A program made the position numbers and the translations under genes. A DNA stretch of 64,000 nt from Dehalococcoidia bacterium (GTDB lineage Bacteria > Chloroflexota > Dehalococcoidia > Lucifugimonadales > CBDBON01): assembly GCA_965198105.1 (NCBI GenBank), contig OZ240240.1, positions 3,187,103 through 3,251,102 of the forward strand. The letters are read 5' to 3'. The first letter of the stretch is position 1. Each line of letters starts with the position of its first letter. Shown piece by piece: positions 59,801-64,000 of the stretch. The notes beneath the pieces were generated by a model, which searched no databases, was not told the origin of the DNA, and was given only the letters and a program-made list of their open reading frames with translations.

Positions 59801-62420
59801 AACCGTTGTCCGCGAGCAGCGTCACCGTTGCCGGGTCGTCCGCGTCGGTGACGGTGATGTCCACCGTGATCGACGCGCTCGCCAGCGACGGGTCGGTCGC
59901 CGTCACCGTTATCGTGTAGCTCGACTTCGTCTCGTAGTCCAGCTTCACCTTAGTCTGGATCTGCCCAGAGTCGTCCACCTTGAACGATCCCGCATCGTCT
60001 CCACTCAGCGTGTAGATCAGCGGATCGCCGGGGTCGGTGGCCGCCACCGGCTCGCCCACGCCCGCATTCTTCACGTTCTCACTCACGCTCCGGGCCGCGG
60101 GATCCTCGTCAACGAACCTGGGGCGGGCGTTGGCGTTGGGCCTCTCCACCGCCGTCTGCTCCGATACCGCCGAGGCGACATCACCATCGTCCTTGCCGTC
60201 GGTCTTGTCATCAGTCGGGTCACCGGCAGTATTAAGACCTTCGGCCAGAAGTTTGTCCGTGGCGAAGCCGTCCACGTAGCTCGCCCTCACCTGCAGCTTC
60301 TTGCCGTCGTCATCCGCCACCGGTGTGTAGGTGGACGACGTGGCGTTGTTTATGGCACAGGTGCTCGAGGGCGTGCCGGTCTCGAGAGTGCAGTTCGTCA
60401 CTACTGTAGTGTCGTCAGTGTCTATTTCGCCATCTACACCGCCGCCCTGGCCTGTAGTGTCACTATCGATTCTTAACGTCGACACCCTCTGCTTACCATC
60501 GTCGTTGGGGTCGGCCTCGATGAAGGTGCCTATGAGGTCATCTCCCCTGTACCACTGCCACTTGGTGTCAGTTATGTTGCCGTCAGGGTCGCTGAGCCGG
60601 GCGGTTATCGCTATGCCCTCCTGCGGCCTGCGCTGCGTCAGGGTTATCTTCCCGGGCTCTTCCTTGTTCGTCACCGTGACGAACACGTCCTTGGAGCTGC
60701 GCGCCACGCCGTCGGAGACCGTCACCGTCACCTCGTACACGTTGTCCCCATCCGCCGAGTCCATGTCCTCGAAGCTCGGACCGAAGGGAGCGGGCCCCTT
60801 CCACCGGAGCGACGCCTGCGCCTGGGGCAGGGGGCTAGTAGCGGTGAGGGGACCGTCGCCGTCGGGGTCGGAAATGGCAGGACTGATGTCGGTTCCATCG
60901 CCGTCGGGGTCCTCGTAGGTCGCACCCGCAACGATCACGAGCGGCACGATGTTAAAGCGCTTGGCGTCGACACCGCTCACCGTCCAGGTCAGGTCGCTCT
61001 CGTCGGCGGCGGCATTCTCCGGATCGGTCGCATAGAAGACGGGGAGACCCGCACCGGCGTTGGTGGCGCTGGGGTCGGCCGCCGGATCCAACTGAATCTG
61101 CTCCTCCGTGCTTATTCTGAAGCGGTCCGCGCCAGCCGATGCGATACCTAAATCCTCACCCAAATCCGTTTCCAACCGCTTAATTCCAGGCGCCTCGTCC
61201 ACCTTCACGACCTTGATGGTCACCGTGACCGACTTATCCGCACCCGACGGGTCCGTAGCCGTTACCAGAACATCGTAGGCTAACGGCGTAGTCTCCGTAG
61301 TAGGATCATTACCACCATCAGAAATGTCATCCATTACAACTGTGGTGTTGGGGTACACGTCAATATTCAGGTATGCCAACTCCTCCTTACCCGCGTCACC
61401 CCTCACCGAGATCTGTCCAGTCTTGGCGTCAATCCCGAATAGGGTCGTAACGTCAACGGTAGTGTCGGCGTCGTCCCCGGTCCCGCCTACCGCATTATCA
61501 TCACCAAGGTCAATGATGACGACATCAGTGGTATCGTCGGCGTTGTCCCCGGTCCCGCCTACCGCATTATCATTACCAAGGTCAGTTATGACTGTGACCT
61601 TGCCCAGCTTGTAGAGCAGAGGGTCGTTGTCGGCATCCGTCGCCACCACCGGCGCACCTATCCCAGAACCTGCCTTCGCAGTCTCCTTCACCGTCCGGCT
61701 CACCTGGACGCCTCTGACCGCCGCATCCTCGTCCTGAACTCCGAACGACGGCGCAAAGTTCGCCGGGGGCCTTATCTCCACCGGGAAGGCCGTCTCCGTG
61801 CTCGCAGTGTCGCGCTCATCACCAAGGCCGTCGCTGTAGCTCGCCGCAGCACGCAGGTAGTAGCCATCATCCTCTTCCTGAGGCGTGTAGGCCGAGGAAG
61901 TGGCTCCAACTATGTCCTCCCACGAGGTCATGTCCATCGACCTGGACCACTGCCACGTCGTAGCGACGGGGTCGCCGTCCGTGTCCGAAACCTTGGCGCT
62001 TATCGACTGACCGGCCCCAGCCTGCGGCTGCAGGTCATCAATCGTCACCTTCCCGGCCTCGTCCTCGTTCGTCACCGTCACAGCCACCGACGTCGAGCCG
62101 CCAGCGGCGTTCACCGTCACCATGTACACGTTGTCGCCGTCCGCGTCACCCGCGGACTCGAAGTCCGGCGTGCTCTTGAAGCTGAGCGCACCGCCCTCGG
62201 AGATCTCGAACTTCGCCGCGTCAGGACCGCTCAACGAGAAGACGATCGCGTCGCCGTCCGGGTCCGTCGCCGAGAAGCTCGCCACCGGCTCCGTGCCGTT
62301 CTCGGGGTAGTCTATCTCCGAGTCCTGGGCGAAGACCGCAGGCGCGGCCATCACCAGTGCCAGCAGCGCGGCAACAGCCACGAAACGGGCGATTAGGCGG
62401 TTGGATATCCTATTCATCAT
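56835..62420 (-). CDS. Giant secreted cadherin-like repeat adhesin (1861 aa) with C-terminal EF-hand/dockerin-like module
   Basis: Signal peptide ...APAVFAQ. Repeated cadherin-type modules (ATDPDGD..VFSLSG.DA..F.I...G.L......DFE....Y.V.V.A......S..V.VTV.N.DE). C-terminal DLNEDGTIERDE is a canonical Ca-binding loop. Confidence 0.9.
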   Translation of the reverse strand: MMNRISNRLIARFVAVAALLALVMAAPAVFAQDSEIDYPENGTEPVASFSATDPDGDAIVFSLSGPDAAKFEISEGGALSFKSTPDFESAGDADGDNVYMVTVNAAGGSTSVAVTVTNEDEAGKVTIDDLQPQAGAGQSISAKVSDTDGDPVATTWQWSRSMDMTSWEDIVGATSSAYTPQEEDDGYYLRAAASYSDGLGDERDTASTETAFPVEIRPPANFAPSFGVQDEDAAVRGVQVSRTVKETAKAGSGIGAPVVATDADNDPLLYKLGKVTVITDLGNDNAVGGTGDNADDTTDVVIIDLGDDNAVGGTGDDADTTVDVTTLFGIDAKTGQISVRGDAGKEELAYLNIDVYPNTTVVMDDISDGGNDPTTETTPLAYDVLVTATDPSGADKSVTVTIKVVKVDEAPGIKRLETDLGEDLGIASAGADRFRISTEEQIQLDPAADPSATNAGAGLPVFYATDPENAAADESDLTWTVSGVDAKRFNIVPLVIVAGATYEDPDGDGTDISPAISDPDGDGPLTATSPLPQAQASLRWKGPAPFGPSFEDMDSADGDNVYEVTVTVSDGVARSSKDVFVTVTNKEEPGKITLTQRRPQEGIAITARLSDPDGNITDTKWQWYRGDDLIGTFIEADPNDDGKQRVSTLRIDSDTTGQGGGVDGEIDTDDTTVVTNCTLETGTPSSTCAINNATSSTYTPVADDDGKKLQVRASYVDGFATDKLLAEGLNTAGDPTDDKTDGKDDGDVASAVSEQTAVERPNANARPRFVDEDPAARSVSENVKNAGVGEPVAATDPGDPLIYTLSGDDAGSFKVDDSGQIQTKVKLDYETKSSYTITVTATDPSLASASITVDITVTDADDPATVTLLADNGSVEYAENGTDPVGTFDATDADGDPIVFSLSGPDAAKFEISEGGVLSFKSSPDFESAGDADGDNVYMVMVNAAGGSTSVAVTVTNEDEAGKVTIDDLQPQAGAGQSISAKVSDTDGDPVATTWQWSRSMDMSEWEDIVGATSSAYTPQEEDDGYYLRASASYSDGLGDERDTASAETAFPVEIRPPANFAPSFGVQDEDAAKRGVQVSRTVKETAKAGSGIGAPVVATDADNDPLLYKLGKVTYVTGLGDDSALGGTGDNADDTTDVVIIDLGDDDAVGGTGDDADTTVDVTTLFRIDPKTGQISVRGDAGKEELAYLNIDVHSSILPFSESETTPGLYAPAATTPPTPLAYDVLVTATDPSGADKSVTVTIKVAKVDEAPGIKRLDVDLTADTPIASAGADRFRISTEEQIQLDPAADPSAANAGEGLPVFYAEDPENPLIDVNGNNAIDEGDSPGADEDDLTWTVSGVDAGRFNIVPLVIAAGATYNHDGDDTTAAILAPQAQASLRWKGPAPYGPSFEDMDSADGDNVYEVTVTVSDGVARSSKDVFVTVTNKEEPGEITLTQRRPQEGIAITARLSDPDGNITDTKWQWYRGDVAIGTFIETDSTTSKQTVSTLRVNDNGTPTDATDDGGANSEINDTDSVVTNCTLETGTPSITCAINNATSSTYTPVADDDGKKLQVRASYVDGFATDKLLNADPDDDDTFDAKDGKDDGDVASAVSEQTAVERPNANARPRFVDEDPVARSVSENVKNAGVGEPVAATDPGDPLIYTLSGDDAGSFKVDNSGQIQTKVKLDYETKSSYTITVTATDPSLASASITVNITVTDADDDATVILLTGNAPAFAAEEMTRSVAENTAAGMAIGDPVAATDEDGDALTYTLWGDDAGSFGIDPATGQLMTSAALDYETQMSYTVTVTASSGKADEVDAMTTVTIMVTDEGLDNAYDLNEDGTIERDEVIAAIQDYLAGNIERSEVTALIRLYFGNGG
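57279..62321. repeat. Intragenic tandem duplication, 2 units of 2523 and 2520 bp
   Basis: Unit boundaries are at SVEYAENGT (59801) and SEIDYPENGT (62321). Shadow ORF pairs recur at offsets of 2478-2532 bp, for example 57511/60037, 57799/60331 and 58846/61324. Confidence 0.9.
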
Positions 62421-62586
62421 GCAAATGCCTCACTTTGCCAGGTCTTGGATGACGCAAATTCTCCGTCTCGGACAGATACACGGCGTGGATAGTAGCACCG
62501 TGGACGGTGCGTGTCAATAGTCCCCGCGTACTGGGAATGTGTGATTGTGGGTGTTGCATTGGGAATCGGGAAATAGAGGTAGGAGG

Positions 62587-62637
62587 ATAAAAGAAGAAGG
62601 CCCGATTGACTGTGTGGGCAGTCGTTCGGGCCTCTTC
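62587..62637 (-). terminator. Candidate rho-independent terminator downstream of tRNA-Asp
   Basis: On the minus strand, the stem gaagaggcccga...tcgggccttcttc is followed by TTTTAT. Confidence 0.4.
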
Positions 62638-62731
62638 CAAGGCCGGTGGAACCGACCCCTACACTCAGAAGGACTGAGCGCCTTGTCACGGCATTGTCAT
62701 GCTAACGCCATGCGGTAACGCTGTCAAGCAG

Positions 62732-62805
62732 CCCCCTGGGGAGGAGACGAACCTCCAACCTCTGCCGTGACAAGGCAGCGCTCTGACCTGCTGAGCTACC
62801 AGGGG
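62732..62805 (-). tRNA. tRNA-Asp (anticodon GTC), CCA not encoded
   Basis: Manual cloverleaf: acceptor cccctgg/ccagggg, D arm gctc-agcaggtca-gagc, anticodon arm ctgcc-ttGTCac-ggcag, T arm ggagg-ttcgtct-cctcc, discriminator G. Confidence 0.85.
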
Positions 62806-62880
62806 GCCGGCATAATATGGGGCGCGAAAGGCAAAGTGTCAACTCCATGCGACTCAGACTGATGCACTACCCCGGAGAAA

Positions 62881-63028
62881 GACCCCCATCTCAATCTTCC
62901 CCCGCGGACGGGGGAAGAGGTAAGAGGCGCGGCGGGGGAGAGGGCGCGGCGGAACCGGGAGGCAAGAGGCGGCGGCGGAACCTTCTTTCCCTTCCCCCGG
63001 CTCGGCGGGAGAAGGTCAGGATGGGGGC
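62881..63028. repeat. About 148-bp MITE-like element (A unit ... inverted B unit)
   Basis: Nearly the same element, including its internal sequence, occurs at 63699..63852. Confidence 0.85.
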
Positions 63029-63074
63029 TCTTCGACGCGGCCCGGCAGGGAACCCCGCGGATGGGGGAGGGAAA

Positions 63075-63120
63075 GACCCCCATCTCAATCTTCCCCCGCG
63101 GACGAGGGAAGAGGTAAGAG
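63075..63120. repeat. Solo family A unit
   Basis: gacccccatctcaatcttcccccgcggacgagggaagaggtaagag. One stem mismatch. Confidence 0.8.
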
Positions 63121-63145
63121 CGGACGGGGGCTGGTCTCATGGTCT

Positions 63146-63406
63146 TCACATGCGATAGGTGGTTTCGCCGCGCAAGGCGACCCTCAGTACCACCAGGAGC
63201 ATGTCCGGATGCACTTCGTAGACGATCCTGAATCGCCCGACGCGGATGCGCCAGGTGTTGTCCTCGCCTCTCAGCTTGATGCTCCCGCGAGGATACGGGT
63301 CGTCGGCCAAGCGATAGAGGGCGCGCTCAATGCGGTCTCGGAGCTGAGGGGCGGTTCGCCGGAGGTGTCTCTGTGCTGCGGGAGAGATCTCGACGCGATG
63401 GGTTAT
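63146..63406 (-). CDS. RelE/ParE-family toxin lacking a canonical start codon (ATA at the expected ATG position)
   Basis: Manual translation: (ATA)THRVEISPAAQRHLRR...RIERALYRLADDPYPRGSIKLRGEDNTWRIRVGRFRIVYEVHPDMLLVVLRVALRGETTYRM. It is not in the ORF track because it has no ATG, GTG or TTG start. Confidence 0.6.
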   Translation of the reverse strand: MTHRVEISPAAQRHLRRTAPQLRDRIERALYRLADDPYPRGSIKLRGEDNTWRIRVGRFRIVYEVHPDMLLVVLRVALRGETTYRM

Positions 63407-63657
63407 GCGTCGATGCGGGACTCCTCGTCACGGAGGTCGTCGAAGAAGGCGCGGGCTTCGATGCCTCCCTCCTGGGCCCACTCCCGGCGGGCCGCGGCCA
63501 GCTCGGCGCGCTCATCGGCGTCCGGCTCGGAGTCGGCCTGCCACTGCCGCAGGGCGTGGACGACTATCTCGGCCACGGTGCGGCCGGTGGTCCGGGCCTC
63601 GGTCTCGACCGCCGCGTAGAGCGCCTCGTCTTCGAGGAGGAGGGTGAGTCGTTTCAT
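63403..63657 (-). CDS. RHH-type antitoxin
   Basis: 84 aa. MKRLTLLLEDEALYAAVETEARTTGRTVAEIVVHAL has a beta-strand/helix-helix pattern. It lies directly upstream of the toxin and overlaps it. Confidence 0.7.
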   Translation of the reverse strand: MKRLTLLLEDEALYAAVETEARTTGRTVAEIVVHALRQWQADSEPDADERAELAAARREWAQEGGIEARAFFDDLRDEESRIDA

Positions 63658-63698
63658 GTCTGGGGCATGTTACCACGGACGTCGGCGGGGAAGAGGGG

Positions 63699-63852
63699 GA
63701 CCCCCATCTCAATCTTCCCCCGGGGACGGGGGAAGAGGTAGGAGAGCGGCGGGGGAGAGGCGGGAGGGCACGGCGGAACCGGGAGGCAAGAGGCGGCGGG
63801 GGAACCTTCTTTCCCTTCCCCCGGCTCGGCGGGGGAAGGTCAGGATGGGGGC
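63699..63852. repeat. About 154-bp MITE-like element (A unit ... inverted B unit)
   Basis: Sister copy of 62881..63028. Its right end provides the stop codon of the DUF559-like gene. Confidence 0.85.
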
Positions 63853-64000
63853 TCTTCCAGGGCCTGGCGTATTACCTCGGCGACGCTTCCCACGTCGCGC
63901 AGGACGTCGTTGTTCCAGAAGCGCAGGACCCTGTAGCCCTGTGACCGGAGCCACTTCGTCCGGTCGTGGTCGTAGCTGGCCTGCGCGGCGCCGTGCTGTC
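63840..64000 (-). CDS. DUF559 (Vsr-like endonuclease fold) domain protein; only the 3' end is in the window
   Basis: Manual translation: ...SYDHDRTKWLRSQGYRVLRFWNNDVLRDVGSVAEVIRQALEEPPS*. The frame is open to the window edge. Confidence 0.7.
   Translation of the reverse strand, partial: QHGAAQASYDHDRTKWLRSQGYRVLRFWNNDVLRDVGSVAEVIRQALEEPPS

Noticed and set aside
62730-62807. tRNA-Asp with a C1:G72 first pair and flanking GC/GC that could extend the acceptor stem to 9 bp.
   Set aside because: All other features are canonical (U8, A14, GUC anticodon, G73 discriminator). The extra pairing involves the discriminator and is most simply coincidental. I cannot judge processing from sequence alone.

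Overview
This is a high-G+C bacterial chromosomal window with no rRNA, so I cannot assign a lineage from sequence alone. Regions 1-34.7 kb and 54.7-64 kb look like core chromosome. They carry housekeeping and metabolic genes: MFS transporter, RRM RNA-binding protein, ComF, amidase, penicillin-acylase-family hydrolase, RNB exoribonuclease, threonine dehydratase, HicAB, MutL, Apt, OppD/OppF-type ATPases, gamma-glutamyltransferase, acyl-CoA synthetase and four tRNAs. Their intergenic spaces hold at least five families of GC-rich palindromic REP/MITE-like repeats. Region 34.7-54.7 kb is a roughly 20 kb integrative island sitting directly after tRNA-Glu(CTC). It contains a P4-type tyrosine integrase, a P4/D5-type primase-helicase, a translationally coupled operon of tiny Cys-rich paralogues, an iteron array and two visibly lower-G+C orphan genes. 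It also contains an IS graveyard with two nested insertions: an IS110-like element inside an ISNCY-like transposase gene, and an IS21-like element inside a second IS110-like copy. Right of the island lie an LPXTG surface protein, a 1861-aa cadherin-like adhesin with a 2.5 kb internal tandem duplication, tRNA-Asp, and a RelE/ParE-type TA cassette bracketed by MITE-like repeats. The items most worth a second look are listed here. (1) A fused restriction-methylase gene is split by a perfect 20-bp tandem duplication. (2) The 205-212 nt non-coding left ends of the two diverged IS110-like copies are conserved and are bridge-RNA candidates, with an internal segment complementary to the insertion junction. 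(3) 80-bp inverted repeats surround a CAP-domain passenger gene. (4) Four consecutive mini-proteins share an H-[PR]-x-x-C-x-C-x-x-C motif. (5) The toxin gene's ATG start appears converted to ATA inside the former ATGA overlap. All calls come from reading the sequence and ORF translations; no database search was run.
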